DNA of 64,000 bases, from positions 896-64,895 of the forward strand of contig JBDRQF010000053.1 in NCBI GenBank assembly GCA_043826435.1. Direction: 5' to 3'. The translations under genes were made by a program, and so were the position numbers. Under the pieces are notes generated by a model. That model ran no database searches and had not been told where the DNA came from. It worked only from the letters and a program-made list of their open reading frames with translations. The stretch's first letter is position 1. Every line of letters starts with the position of its first letter. The stretch is from Elusimicrobiota bacterium. GTDB lineage: Bacteria; Elusimicrobiota; Endomicrobiia; CG1-02-37-114; JAHJSO01. Below are positions 45,640 through 55,842 of the stretch, piece by piece.

Positions 45640-46766
45640 TGTAGCGCTCTCTTAAAAACTTCTAAAGTTTCTCTGGCTGTTTTTTCCCAACTAAAAAATT
45701 TGGCACGGTTAATGCCTTTAAGACCTAATTCTTTTTTTAATTGTCCATCATTTAAAACTTTAAGTATAGCGGTTAAAATTTCTTCTTCGTTTAATGGGTT
45801 CACCAATATCCCGGCATCACCGACAACCTCCGGAATAGAAGTTGTATTAGAAGCAATCACAGGCACTCCACAAGCCATCGCTTCTACCACTGGGAGGCCA
45901 AACCCTTCATACAGGGAAATAAATACAAACATCTCGGCACCGCTATAAATATAAGGCAAATCCTCATCAGGAATATAATCCAAAACCAATATTTCTTCTT
46001 GTAGATTTAATCTGTGAATTGTTTCTATAATTTCTTGGCCCCAATATTTCTTTCCACAAAGAACCAATTTGTGCGGTATTCCATGAACCCTCTTGAGTTT
46101 TTCAAAAACATTTACCAATCTATGCAGGTTTTTATGTGGTCCGAGGTTGCCAACATAAAGTATATATCTTTCATCTATCTTGTATTTTCTTAAGACAGCT
46201 ATAATCCTCTCTTTATCTTCAATCATGTTAAAAATTTCATCAGCAGCAAGCGGAATAACAACTATTCTGTCTGGTTGAACATCATAATATTTACATAAAT
46301 CGTTTTTCGTATATTCTGAAATAGTTATCAAATATTTTGACCTTTTAATTGTATTTTTGAGACGTAAATCAAATATTTCTCTGTGTTCTTTATACCCGTC
46401 ATATTTCATTGTGGTAATATCATAAACCACTGAAACAATCTGACATTTCTTAAATACAGGAGAAAAATAAATTGTAGAAAAATAAATATCCGGATTACCA
46501 AAAAGTTTTTTTGTTAACGGCATACAAATATTTTCCCTGGTCCAAAAAAACTCTAAAATTCTATTAGGTATTCTAATTTTAGATAACAACACATTGGATG
46601 GAAAACTAAAATTATCTATGAGATTATTTTTTTTCACCCCAATCCTGAAAGATAAGGTATAGTGGTTTTCACTATCAATACTGAAAATATGTTTTAAAAC
46701 AGAATTCAAATATGATCTTCCACCTGCTTGACCAAGCAGAGGAAGTGCATCAATTGCTATTTTCAT
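45636..46766 (-). CDS. GT4-family glycosyltransferase
   Basis: 'EGFGLPVVEAMACGVPVIAS'. Confidence 0.7.
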   Translation of the reverse strand: MKIAIDALPLLGQAGGRSYLNSVLKHIFSIDSENHYTLSFRIGVKKNNLIDNFSFPSNVLLSKIRIPNRILEFFWTRENICMPLTKKLFGNPDIYFSTIYFSPVFKKCQIVSVVYDITTMKYDGYKEHREIFDLRLKNTIKRSKYLITISEYTKNDLCKYYDVQPDRIVVIPLAADEIFNMIEDKERIIAVLRKYKIDERYILYVGNLGPHKNLHRLVNVFEKLKRVHGIPHKLVLCGKKYWGQEIIETIHRLNLQEEILVLDYIPDEDLPYIYSGAEMFVFISLYEGFGLPVVEAMACGVPVIASNTTSIPEVVGDAGILVNPLNEEEILTAILKVLNDGQLKKELGLKGINRAKFFSWEKTARETLEVFKRALQ

Positions 46767-48042
46767 CCCAATTCCTCATCTCTTTAAAATCTAAAATTAA
46801 ATTGTTCGGGGAAAATACAACTTTTTTTTTCAATACACGATAAAAAATATAGCAACACAAACTAAAACCAAATATTTGTGTAAAAGCCGTTGCTATGGCG
46901 GCGCCAGACGGTCCAATTTTAGGAATTAACAGTAAATTTAAAGCGATATTCAGGAACAGATTAAATATTGCAACCATTAAAATTTTTTTTTGTTGATTTA
47001 TTGCAATAAATATACTACCAAAGATGATATTTGCGAACAAGAAAGGAACGCCTATCAACAAATAGTTAAAAACACTCACTGAATCTTTGAATTTCAAAGA
47101 TAAAAACGATAAAATGAATACTCTACCGAATAAAACAAATATTAAAAGAATTGCTACGCCAAGCAAAAATATTCCCGTTAAAGTTACTCTGATTAACGCG
47201 GCAAATCTTTTCATATCATTGGAATATTTAGAAATCAGAGGAAAAACGACCGAATTGACAACCGCTGGGAAGAACAATAAAAAATTATAAAATTGCAAAG
47301 CGCCATTGTATATTCCGACTTCGTTTTCTGATTTAAGAAACATCAACATTAGCGTGTCAATCTTTGTATATAACAGAGAAATTATTACTATCAAAAACAA
47401 GGGCATTGACTCTTTTAATAAAAACTTAATTTTCTCGTAGGAGGGCTTATAAATAGGAGTAACAATTCTTCTGCCGATTACAAACGAAATTGTGCTTACA
47501 ACATATTCATTAAAAACTTGAAATAGAAAATAATAAACAAAATCTAATTTTAAAACTATAGATATTATTATCTGCAGTAAAAAAAGCAACTTCTTGAAAT
47601 TGTTGAATATAACGAGGTACCATATTTTTAATTCTGAGTAATAGACCGAATTAACGGCGGTAATGGGGTATACCAAAAGTATAAAGGAATACAGAATAAC
47701 ATAAATTTTTTTTGTATTATCCAAAAAAATACTTGAAAATAATAATATTATTATAAAAGTAAAAAATGTTAAAAATGTTCTAAGCAAAATAACATTTCCT
47801 AAAAACCCCCCTCCATTTTTTTTATCTTTAGAAAGTTCTCGCGTCAAAATAGGAGACATTCCTATATCAGCAATTGGAGAAAATATTGAGATAAAACTGA
47901 AAACAAACCAGTATATGCCAAATTCTTCTACTGATAAATACCGCGCTAACAATGAAATAGTAGCGATTGAAAGTAATGTCTCAGGTATTTTTCCAAAAAT
48001 CTGCGACGATATATTAGCAAAAACTACTTTTGTGAATTTCAT
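46750..48042 (-). CDS. wzx: Wzx-like oligosaccharide flippase (MOP superfamily)
   Basis: 12 or more predicted TM helices. N-terminal 'ISSQIFGKIPETLLSIATISLLARYLSVEEFGIY' is typical of the polysaccharide-biosynthesis protein family. Confidence 0.6.
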   Translation of the reverse strand: MKFTKVVFANISSQIFGKIPETLLSIATISLLARYLSVEEFGIYWFVFSFISIFSPIADIGMSPILTRELSKDKKNGGGFLGNVILLRTFLTFFTFIIILLFSSIFLDNTKKIYVILYSFILLVYPITAVNSVYYSELKIWYLVIFNNFKKLLFLLQIIISIVLKLDFVYYFLFQVFNEYVVSTISFVIGRRIVTPIYKPSYEKIKFLLKESMPLFLIVIISLLYTKIDTLMLMFLKSENEVGIYNGALQFYNFLLFFPAVVNSVVFPLISKYSNDMKRFAALIRVTLTGIFLLGVAILLIFVLFGRVFILSFLSLKFKDSVSVFNYLLIGVPFLFANIIFGSIFIAINQQKKILMVAIFNLFLNIALNLLLIPKIGPSGAAIATAFTQIFGFSLCCYIFYRVLKKKVVFSPNNLILDFKEMRNWDENSN

Positions 48043-48819
48043 TTATTTTCTTGCCTTTATCACACACACACCATTGACCCCACAAATTGAAGGCGCATTT
48101 TCCTTCTCTAATTCGTCCGACTTAGAGACATTCCAATATTTATTATCTGTTCTTTTATAGTAAAGTTCTTTCTCAATTTTAAAACCTTCCAATAATTTCA
48201 AAATCCTATCTTTATCATATACCCTGTAGTTTTTTGTTATCATGTTTTTGCCAAAAGGAACTGAAAGTATAAATATTCCATTTTCTTTTAATAGCCCATA
48301 AACTTTTTTTGCTACCATCATATCTCCATCAATATATTTTTCAGAACCATATACTTCCAACCCGATGTGTTCTAATACCGATATTGCAACGACAGCATCA
48401 AACTTCTCATTAAAATCTATACAATTTAAATCACCTTTAATAAATGTCAATCTATTGTGTGAAATATCATAGTCCCTGATATCTACCCCAAAAACTTCAT
48501 AACCAATGCTTGCCAGTTCCAATGCCTCATAACTGCCGCTACATCCAAACACTAATACTTTGCTGCCAAATGGTATATCTAATAATCTGAACAAGAGAGG
48601 ATACTCTACGATTCTTTCTGTCACATAAAAGTCAAAGTGTTTTGGTAACTTCTTCCGCCATAAAAATTCAAAGACACCACGCAATCTAAAAAAAATATTA
48701 TTGGGTGCTTTGTAATAATATACCAGGGGAAAACTTTCATATGGATGTTCAAAAAACCTATGCTGGATAAAAAGTTGCAAAGATAGAAATTTTTTGCATT
48801 TTTTTATTATATTTGTCAT
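48043..48819 (-). CDS. Class I SAM-dependent methyltransferase
   Basis: 'VLVFGCSGSYEALELA' and 'FDAVVAISVLEHI'. Confidence 0.6.
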   Translation of the reverse strand: MTNIIKKCKKFLSLQLFIQHRFFEHPYESFPLVYYYKAPNNIFFRLRGVFEFLWRKKLPKHFDFYVTERIVEYPLLFRLLDIPFGSKVLVFGCSGSYEALELASIGYEVFGVDIRDYDISHNRLTFIKGDLNCIDFNEKFDAVVAISVLEHIGLEVYGSEKYIDGDMMVAKKVYGLLKENGIFILSVPFGKNMITKNYRVYDKDRILKLLEGFKIEKELYYKRTDNKYWNVSKSDELEKENAPSICGVNGVCVIKARK

Positions 48820-50225
48820 AATTTTTTCCCCCTTATAGTGTAAATCTCAGGTAATCTGAGTACGATAGCAGTCAAAAACCAGAATGGCCCCATGATCCTT
48901 ATAATGATAAAGGTATTCACGGCAACAGATTGAAAAATTAAGGCGATTAACGCCGAGAAAAGCCCCAGCGCAAGACCCTTAGCAAGCCAGTCATCAATTG
49001 TGTTGAAAATTTTAATGGCATTTTTCCCGACGGAATACATCAGCCATATAAAAGCCAGGAGTCCGACAATTCCTGTTTCTCCAAGAATCAGAGGAAACAT
49101 GGTATCAACAAGCCCTACGCCTGTTAATCCATGACCCATCAGAGGTTCTCTCGGAAGCCACACAAAGAAGGCCTTTTTCCAACTTTCAACCCTTGCAAGG
49201 GCGGATGCTTCCCTTACCCTTATTCCGCCGACTGCCGTTTGCTCGTCGGTCCCTGCAAATGTTTCCTGTATTCTGCCAAGGACATCCTGTGTTGGTTTCG
49301 GGAATAAAATTGGAGAAAACAACAGCCCAGTTATAAAAATCATTATCAATAACAGTTTTCTTTTTTGTGCGAGCAGGACAACGCTCATGCACATCGGAAT
49401 AAATGCAAAGAATGAGGCGCGGGAGAATGTGTATGCAAGGGTAGGCAGCGCAAAAACAAACAAACCCATAAACAATATCGCATATTTTGTGGTGGGGGCA
49501 TAACAGAAAAGCCCCAACAGGACGGACATAACTATCAGGAGGTAGCCCCCGAGGGATGCGGACTCACCTGTCCCGCTAACGGGGTCAAAGTCAAAGGGCG
49601 CATAAATCCTGCCAACCCTGCCGATGAGCGTGTATCCGTACAGGTTGACGATAATAAAGGTTATCAGTCCCGCGATAAGGAGGTGTTTAACCTGGCGGGT
49701 ATCCCTGACGATATTTGCGGTCATAATGAACAGAATGAAATATTCAATATATTTCAGGAGATAAAAGAATGATTTTACCGGTTTAATATAACCGAGGACA
49801 ATTCCCCGGGCAGTGAAAAGGACGCATATAAGCGTGTAAATGAAAATCTGGCGGTTGATTGGCGTTCGGACAAAAAGGGCCATTTCCTTTCTTATCGCCA
49901 TGTGCACAAGCCAGACGACGAAGAGCGCCAGCAATATAAAATCGTCGTACCTGACCACGACGGACCTGCCGGGGAGCTGGGCGAGCGGGATTTCAGGGGA
50001 GAGGAGCATTGAGAATACCAGAGTGACGAGTCCGTATTGAATGTTCAGGAAAGATATGAAAATGAATGCGAGGCCGAGGATGAGCGCGAACAAAAAATGA
50101 ATTTTTATGTTGACGATTATTACGCCCGCCAGAAACGCCAGCAGGATGACTGCAAAAAACATTATGAGGGGGGTTGAATAAACCGGCATTTCAGTCATTA
50201 TACAAAAAAGATTTTTTTTAATCAA
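48816..50225 (-). CDS. Wzy/O-antigen-ligase-family (Wzy_C) polytopic membrane protein, putative polymerase
   Basis: About 11 TM helices with a large loop. The arrangement resembles O-antigen polymerase/ligase family proteins and it sits next to the Wzx gene. Confidence 0.5.
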   Translation of the reverse strand: MIKKNLFCIMTEMPVYSTPLIMFFAVILLAFLAGVIIVNIKIHFLFALILGLAFIFISFLNIQYGLVTLVFSMLLSPEIPLAQLPGRSVVVRYDDFILLALFVVWLVHMAIRKEMALFVRTPINRQIFIYTLICVLFTARGIVLGYIKPVKSFFYLLKYIEYFILFIMTANIVRDTRQVKHLLIAGLITFIIVNLYGYTLIGRVGRIYAPFDFDPVSGTGESASLGGYLLIVMSVLLGLFCYAPTTKYAILFMGLFVFALPTLAYTFSRASFFAFIPMCMSVVLLAQKRKLLLIMIFITGLLFSPILFPKPTQDVLGRIQETFAGTDEQTAVGGIRVREASALARVESWKKAFFVWLPREPLMGHGLTGVGLVDTMFPLILGETGIVGLLAFIWLMYSVGKNAIKIFNTIDDWLAKGLALGLFSALIALIFQSVAVNTFIIIRIMGPFWFLTAIVLRLPEIYTIRGKKL

Positions 50226-50230
50226 GGGGC

Positions 50231-50259
50231 TTGATTTTTCACAAAAAATTTTGTATTAT
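50231..50259 (+). promoter_or_regulatory. Sigma70-like promoter (TTGATT-17 nt-TATTAT) placed to give a leaderless or near-leaderless transcript of the DUF2062 gene
   Basis: The -10 element ends 7 nt before the ATG at 50267. It lies in the divergent intergenic region with the Wzy-like gene. Confidence 0.4.
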
Positions 50260-50266
50260 GTAGTGT

Positions 50267-50782
50267 ATGTTCTGGTTTAAAATACTCAAGAAAATCGTTA
50301 AACTCCTCAATTCAAACATATCACCCGACGAGTTAGCACTCGGCGCGGCGCTGGGCGCCGTTGTCGGGCTGACCCCTCTGGTCGGACTGCACAACCTCTT
50401 CATAGTGGTTCTCATAATTGTTTTGAACGTGAACCCTGCCGCCTCGGGGTTGTCCGCCCTGTTTTTTGGATTTTTGTCTCTGTTGACCGACCCGCTGGCG
50501 CACCGCATAGGACATTACCTTCTGGTCCAGAACGGAGCGCTTACGCCGTTGTGGACCTCCCTTTACAATATGCCCGTTGTCCCGTGGACGAGGTTTTATA
50601 ACACCGTCTTTATGGGGAGTTTTGTCATCTCCCTTGTCCTGTTTGTTCCGGTGCTTGTTTTTTCAAGGAAATTCATCGTCTATTACAGGAAGAACCTTAT
50701 GGGCAGGGTTCAGAATATGAAGATAACGAAAATGCTGAAGTTGACGGGTGTCTATAAATTTTATGACAAACTGAGAGGGTAG
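50267..50782 (+). CDS. DUF2062 (TIGR03546-like) small membrane protein
   Basis: 'SPDELALGAALGAVVGLTPLVGLHNLF' is the DUF2062 signature. Confidence 0.6.
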   Translation: MFWFKILKKIVKLLNSNISPDELALGAALGAVVGLTPLVGLHNLFIVVLIIVLNVNPAASGLSALFFGFLSLLTDPLAHRIGHYLLVQNGALTPLWTSLYNMPVVPWTRFYNTVFMGSFVISLVLFVPVLVFSRKFIVYYRKNLMGRVQNMKITKMLKLTGVYKFYDKLRG

Positions 50783-50790
50783 TCCGGATA

Positions 50791-52758
50791 ATGAAATACA
50801 TCAGATGGAAAGCCGTTGTCCCGTTGGTTATAATAACTGCGATTGTGCTTGTCTTTTGCGTGTTTCTGATTGATGGCATAACAAGGAAGATGCTGGTCTC
50901 CGCAGGTGAAATGATATTCTCCGCAAAGGTTGACATCGGCAGTGTCCGTATAAAGTTTAAGGGGCCTTCCATTGAAATTACCGGCATCGGGGTCGCGGAC
51001 AAAAACGACCCGTTCAAGAACTTGTTTGAGGCGGACAGAGTAAAGTTCGGCGTGTCATTTATTCATCTTCTATCAAAAAGGGTTATAATTGACGACATAA
51101 TTGTTGACGGCGTCCGATGGTCAACCCGGAGATTGACTTCGGGGGCGCTCCCTCCGAAGAAACAGAAAAGGATAGAAAAGGCAAAGAAGAAGGAGGATAA
51201 GGACTCCATAACGGCTAAACTGTTAGGCGGACTTAAGGAAAAAGCGGCCAGGGAAATAGCGGCATTGCCGGCAGTAAAGGATGCAAAAGAGTCGGGGGAA
51301 CAACTTAAGGCGTTTGACGGAAAAAAACTCATTGACGAGACGGCGGATGAACTGGAATCAAAAAAGGCGATTGAAGTCCTGAACAAAGAGGTATCTGAAA
51401 AACAGGAAAAATACACTGCCGCTCTAAACAACATAGACGTCCAGCAGCAGGTCAAAACAGTACAGGGACTCTCAGGAGAGATATCGGGGCTGAAGGTTGA
51501 AAAGATGGAGGACGTGCAGCCGGCCCAGGGAAAACTTTCCCAGATGGAGGCGGCCGGAAAATCGCTTGAGGAGACACGCTCAAAACTTGACGGTTTGTGG
51601 AAAGAGGCGTCTGCGGATATCACGGAAAAGCAGAAACTCGTTGAAAGCATAAACGGTTTAATACGAAAGGACTACGAGAAACTTCTGGCAAAGGTCAAAC
51701 TGCCGGACATCTCAAAAGGGAATATATCGCAGGCGCTCTTCGGCCGGATGTGGCTTGACAGGGTTAACAACGTCCTCAGCTACATCCATCTGGCAAGGAA
51801 ATACATGGGGCCCCGCAAAAAGGGAGAGAAAAAGACGGTGCGTCCCCGACTGAAAGGCGTGGACGTTGTTTTTCACAGGGACAAAGGATTGCCCGGTTTT
51901 CTTGTCAGAAACGTCCGGATATCGGCAACGACCGGTGGCAGGGGGAAGGACGAGGAGAGAGCAATTTCACTGGCAGGGGGAGCGTCTGATTGGACTTCGG
52001 ATCCTGTCCTGCTGGGCAGCCCTGCAAAGATTAAGTTGGAAGGAAAATCAAAGGACCGTGTTTATTCAGTGGACGGAATTTTTGACCATACTGGCGAAAC
52101 CCCTCTGGATGAAATTTCCATTGAGATGAAAGGCATTGACATAAGCGGGATTGAATTCGGTGAAAGCGAGTACCTGCCGGCAATGAAAGAGGGGAAGATA
52201 AGGATAAGGTCCGGTTTTGCCCTGAAAGGGGATGCCCTTGACTGCAGGATGTTCATAAACGTTACGGGGTTAAAATTTGCCGTCATAAAGGGAGGCGGCG
52301 ATGAAATGCAAAAAGTTCTGAACGAGGTATATAGGAGCATAGATTCAGTTGAAATAAACGCCCGGCTCTACGGGGTTTCCGGCGATTTAAAGTCAGAGTT
52401 AAATTCAAACCTTGACGGGTTGATATCAAACAAACTGAAATCCATTTATAGCGCAAAGACCGATGAAGTCCGCGCAAAGATTAAAACGTCGCTGGACGAA
52501 TATGTCGGCGCAGAAAAAGACAATCTCCTGAAGGGCTATGACGCCGGCAGGGAAAACATTGAAAAAATGTATTCGGAAAAACGCGGGACGATAGAAGAAC
52601 AGAAGAAAGTAATTGAGGCAAAAGTAAGAGAAATTAACGATAAGATTGACGCGCTGAAAGAACAAGAGAAAAAGAAGAGGGAGAAAGAGTTAAAGCAGAA
52701 AGAAGAAGAGTTAAAACAGAAAGCAGCGCCCCAGATTGAAAAACTCTTTAAGAGATAA
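50791..52758 (+). CDS. TIGR03545-like membrane-anchored, coiled-coil-rich protein (AsmA-like), the usual partner of DUF2062
   Basis: N-terminal TM. Long Lys/Glu-rich coiled coils. Immediately follows the DUF2062 gene. Confidence 0.4.
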   Translation: MKYIRWKAVVPLVIITAIVLVFCVFLIDGITRKMLVSAGEMIFSAKVDIGSVRIKFKGPSIEITGIGVADKNDPFKNLFEADRVKFGVSFIHLLSKRVIIDDIIVDGVRWSTRRLTSGALPPKKQKRIEKAKKKEDKDSITAKLLGGLKEKAAREIAALPAVKDAKESGEQLKAFDGKKLIDETADELESKKAIEVLNKEVSEKQEKYTAALNNIDVQQQVKTVQGLSGEISGLKVEKMEDVQPAQGKLSQMEAAGKSLEETRSKLDGLWKEASADITEKQKLVESINGLIRKDYEKLLAKVKLPDISKGNISQALFGRMWLDRVNNVLSYIHLARKYMGPRKKGEKKTVRPRLKGVDVVFHRDKGLPGFLVRNVRISATTGGRGKDEERAISLAGGASDWTSDPVLLGSPAKIKLEGKSKDRVYSVDGIFDHTGETPLDEISIEMKGIDISGIEFGESEYLPAMKEGKIRIRSGFALKGDALDCRMFINVTGLKFAVIKGGGDEMQKVLNEVYRSIDSVEINARLYGVSGDLKSELNSNLDGLISNKLKSIYSAKTDEVRAKIKTSLDEYVGAEKDNLLKGYDAGRENIEKMYSEKRGTIEEQKKVIEAKVREINDKIDALKEQEKKKREKELKQKEEELKQKAAPQIEKLFKR

Positions 52759-52781
52759 ACATAAGGATGGCGGTGCCGGGT

Positions 52782-53159
52782 TTACTCAAGGAGTTTGGCG
52801 AATATGCTTTCCCTTAAGTATTTAAAATCAAACGGTTTGAATATGCAATCAAAAGCCCCCAGACGGAACGCCTGCACAACCTTTTCCGCATCCCTGTAAG
52901 CAGTAATCATCATAACATGTGTCTCTGGTTTGATTTTTTTTATTTCAACAAGGGTTTCAAGCCCGCCCATCCCCGGCATGGCAAGGTCAAGTAAAACCAT
53001 ATCAATTTGCTCGTTTTTTATTTTTTCAATCGCCTGTTCCCCCGAATGTGATGTATATACCTTGAACCCCTCTTTGGCAAGGAAATCACCTAAAACAAGT
53101 ACCATGTCGGGCTCGTCATCTACGATAAGAACTTTACCATTTTTCTGTTTTTTTGCCAT
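52782..53159 (-). CDS. Stand-alone response-regulator receiver (CheY-like) protein
   Basis: 'KVLIVDDEPDMV', 'DMVLLDLAMPGMGG', 'VMMITAY'. Confidence 0.75.
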   Translation of the reverse strand: MAKKQKNGKVLIVDDEPDMVLVLGDFLAKEGFKVYTSHSGEQAIEKIKNEQIDMVLLDLAMPGMGGLETLVEIKKIKPETHVMMITAYRDAEKVVQAFRLGAFDCIFKPFDFKYLRESIFAKLLE

Positions 53160-53241
53160 TATTCATTGTCTCCTTTCTAAGAGTACAACCAGTGATTCCC
53201 ACCCGCTCTCAGGGGGATTATAGCATCTAAGAAGATGTGTG

Positions 53242-54369
53242 TCAGTCGGCAATCTGTCTGCCTGTAAGCATAAGCAGAACCACGACAAGGAAAAATACGG
53301 TTGCCTGTACGATTAGTATTAAAGAGCCGGTTGTGCCCGCGTCCCGTATAACAAGCGCCCCCAGTCCCAGTGACAAACTCAGCAAGACAATAAAACCCAC
53401 GCTCCGAGGTATTGAGAATCCCATTTTCATAAGACGGTGGTGAAAGTGATCTTTGCCGACATACTCCAGCCACTGCCGGACATTCCGGACCCGCCCGTTT
53501 TTTATGCGGGAGATTGTTGTGTAAATCATGTCAAATATAGGTATGCCGAGAATCAGCAACGGGGTTGACAACGCCACCACGGGGTTGTTTTCCGCCCAGC
53601 TACCCATAACCCCTATTCCGGCGAGCACGAACCCGATAAAGGTTGAGCCGGAATCGCCTAAAAATATTTTTGCGGGGTTCCAGTTGAAAAATAAAAATCC
53701 GGTGCAGGCCCCGGCCAGCGCGATGCACAAAAAACCCAGGAAGGTCTGTTCGGTCGGCATGGCTATGAGGAAGAACAACAGGGAACACATTACGCCGAAA
53801 GAGGAAACAAGCCCGTCAATGCCATCCAGAAAATTCACCGCATTGGCGATGCCGATAAACCACAGGACGGTTATAATTGCCTCAAGCAGTTTCTCCATAG
53901 GCCAGTGCGACGGGATGAAGGTGATGGACACCCCGCTTTTTATAACTATAAGTGAGGCGAGTATTTGCAGTGCAATTCTCGGGACAGCGCCCAGCGGGTA
54001 AACGTCGTCAAGTAAACCGAGAATGAAAATTATCGTCCCGCCGATCAGGAGTCCCATCAGTTCTCTTGAAAATTGCAAATTACGGAGCAGCGTGAACAGG
54101 AACGCCAGGAAAATGGCTATGCCCCCTATCCTCGGCGTCGGAAGAATATGCACCTTCCTCCCGTCAGGGTGGTCCAGGAGTTTCAGTTTGTGGGCTGAGT
54201 ATATGGCTATTATTGTAAAGAATATGCTCATGAAGAAAGAGAGAAGGAAAACATACAGCCATCGGATTCCCAGTATGTAAGCCCATCTCCCGCCCGTCGG
54301 GGAAAGAAGCATAAGCAGGATAGTGCCTGTGAGTATGAGATATATCTTGTGGGAGGTTTTTACGTTCAT
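53242..54369 (-). CDS. wecA: WecA/MraY-family polyprenyl-phosphate N-acetylhexosamine-1-phosphate transferase (initiating transferase)
   Basis: 'IANAVNFLDGIDGL' and 'DDVYPL'. About 10 TM helices. Confidence 0.7.
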   Translation of the reverse strand: MNVKTSHKIYLILTGTILLMLLSPTGGRWAYILGIRWLYVFLLSFFMSIFFTIIAIYSAHKLKLLDHPDGRKVHILPTPRIGGIAIFLAFLFTLLRNLQFSRELMGLLIGGTIIFILGLLDDVYPLGAVPRIALQILASLIVIKSGVSITFIPSHWPMEKLLEAIITVLWFIGIANAVNFLDGIDGLVSSFGVMCSLLFFLIAMPTEQTFLGFLCIALAGACTGFLFFNWNPAKIFLGDSGSTFIGFVLAGIGVMGSWAENNPVVALSTPLLILGIPIFDMIYTTISRIKNGRVRNVRQWLEYVGKDHFHHRLMKMGFSIPRSVGFIVLLSLSLGLGALVIRDAGTTGSLILIVQATVFFLVVVLLMLTGRQIAD

Positions 54370-54983
54370 ATATTAAAGTCCAGGGCAAGACGCAGGGGTG
54401 TAAACCCCTCGGCGTATTTTACCCTATTCTGGAAACCACGGAAAATTGCACAGGAGCGGACGCTCTCCAGTATGGAAAGGCCCGCAACCTTTGTGGCTTG
54501 GACCTGTGAGCGGTGCATTCCGAGGATGAGAAATTTTTGTTTTATCGTTTTCCTGACGTCAACAAAAACGCTCGGCGAAAAGTTTATTGATGTCGGGACC
54601 TCGTAAAACAGGACATTCCGGGCATATCTTGTAGCGGTGATTGTCGCCTGTGCAACGTTCCTGTGGTCCTGGTGGGTGTCTTCCGGGTAGTGTCCGAAAA
54701 TCAGGTTTGGAGATGTTTTCTTTATGATATGTTCAATGTTGTTTATCAGTTCCTTTGTTAACTGGATTTTCGTATCGCCAAAATTCCCCGTAAAAAGTTT
54801 CGCGCCCAGGCGGGCAGCCACTTTCTTCTGCTCGGAAAAACGCTTTTCCGGGTCGCCGCCCACCTCGCCTTTTGTGAGGACGAAAAGGAAGATTTTGTGC
54901 CCCGCGTTTTTGAATTTAATAAGCGTCCCGCCGCATCCGTATTCCAGGTCGTCAGGGTGCGAACCGATAGCAAGGATATTCAT
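54366..54983 (-). CDS. PIG-L/LmbE-family N-acetylglucosaminyl deacetylase
   Basis: 'ILAIGSHPDDLEYGCGGTL' and 'HQDHRNVAQA'. Confidence 0.7.
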   Translation of the reverse strand: MNILAIGSHPDDLEYGCGGTLIKFKNAGHKIFLFVLTKGEVGGDPEKRFSEQKKVAARLGAKLFTGNFGDTKIQLTKELINNIEHIIKKTSPNLIFGHYPEDTHQDHRNVAQATITATRYARNVLFYEVPTSINFSPSVFVDVRKTIKQKFLILGMHRSQVQATKVAGLSILESVRSCAIFRGFQNRVKYAEGFTPLRLALDFNI

Positions 54984-55015
54984 TTTTTATTAACCTCCGT
55001 ATCAATCCCATTTGC

Positions 55016-55831
55016 TCACAAAGACAAACTCTGGATTGTCTCTTTTATCGTTTCGGTATTTATGCCTGAAATTTCCTTGCCGTAACCGACCAGCAGGGCG
55101 GAATCGCAAATCTGGTTTATCCTTCGGGGAATCCCGCCCGAACGTTCGTATATAATGGGGAACACGCCCTGCTCAAAAATCCGATTCTGCGCCCCGGCGA
55201 TCGTCAGGCGGTGTTCTATGTAGCGGGGCAGTTCTTCACGGGTCAGGGCTTCCAGATGAAACTTCATCGCAATCCTCTGGCTCAGTTGTTTTATGCCCTC
55301 TATCCTTTCCTTTAATTCAGGTTGGCCGATAAGCAGAAGTGTAAGCAGGAATTTGTTTTCCGACTGGAAATTCAGCAACAACCGTATCTCCTCAAATATG
55401 TTCTTGTCTTCAATGACGTGCGCCTCGTCTATTACGACTACGGTTTTTTTGCCGTCAGCGAGATTGTTTTTCAGGGTGTTTTCCATGGCGATTAGAACGT
55501 CCGCCTTGCGCGTCGGAGGCGGCTGAATTCCCAGGTTATGGGCAATCATCTTTAACAATTCAAGGTCATCCAGACGGGGGTTATTTATGATTGCAAGTTT
55601 ATATACATCCTGTTCCAGTTCTTTCATCAGCGCCCTTGAGAGAAGGGTTTTCCCACACCCATAAACACCGGTGAGCAGTCCCGCCCCCTTGCTTTCTCTG
55701 ACGACATAAAGCATCCGGGCAAGCCCCTCCTCGTGTTGCTTTGAGTTGTAAAAAAATTTTGGGTCGGGCGTGTTTTCAAAAGGCCTTTCTTTAAGGCCCC
55801 AGTATTCTTCATACATAGTTATCCGTCCCAT
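55016..55831 (-). CDS. ExeA-like AAA ATPase (general-secretion protein A / PEP-CTERM-locus ATPase type)
   Basis: 'YEEYWGLKERPFENTPDPKFFY' (ExeA N-terminus). Walker A 'GVYGCGKTLL'. 'VVVIDEAH'. Confidence 0.6.
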   Translation of the reverse strand: MGRITMYEEYWGLKERPFENTPDPKFFYNSKQHEEGLARMLYVVRESKGAGLLTGVYGCGKTLLSRALMKELEQDVYKLAIINNPRLDDLELLKMIAHNLGIQPPPTRKADVLIAMENTLKNNLADGKKTVVVIDEAHVIEDKNIFEEIRLLLNFQSENKFLLTLLLIGQPELKERIEGIKQLSQRIAMKFHLEALTREELPRYIEHRLTIAGAQNRIFEQGVFPIIYERSGGIPRRINQICDSALLVGYGKEISGINTETIKETIQSLSL

Positions 55832-55842
55832 GTGTGCATGTC

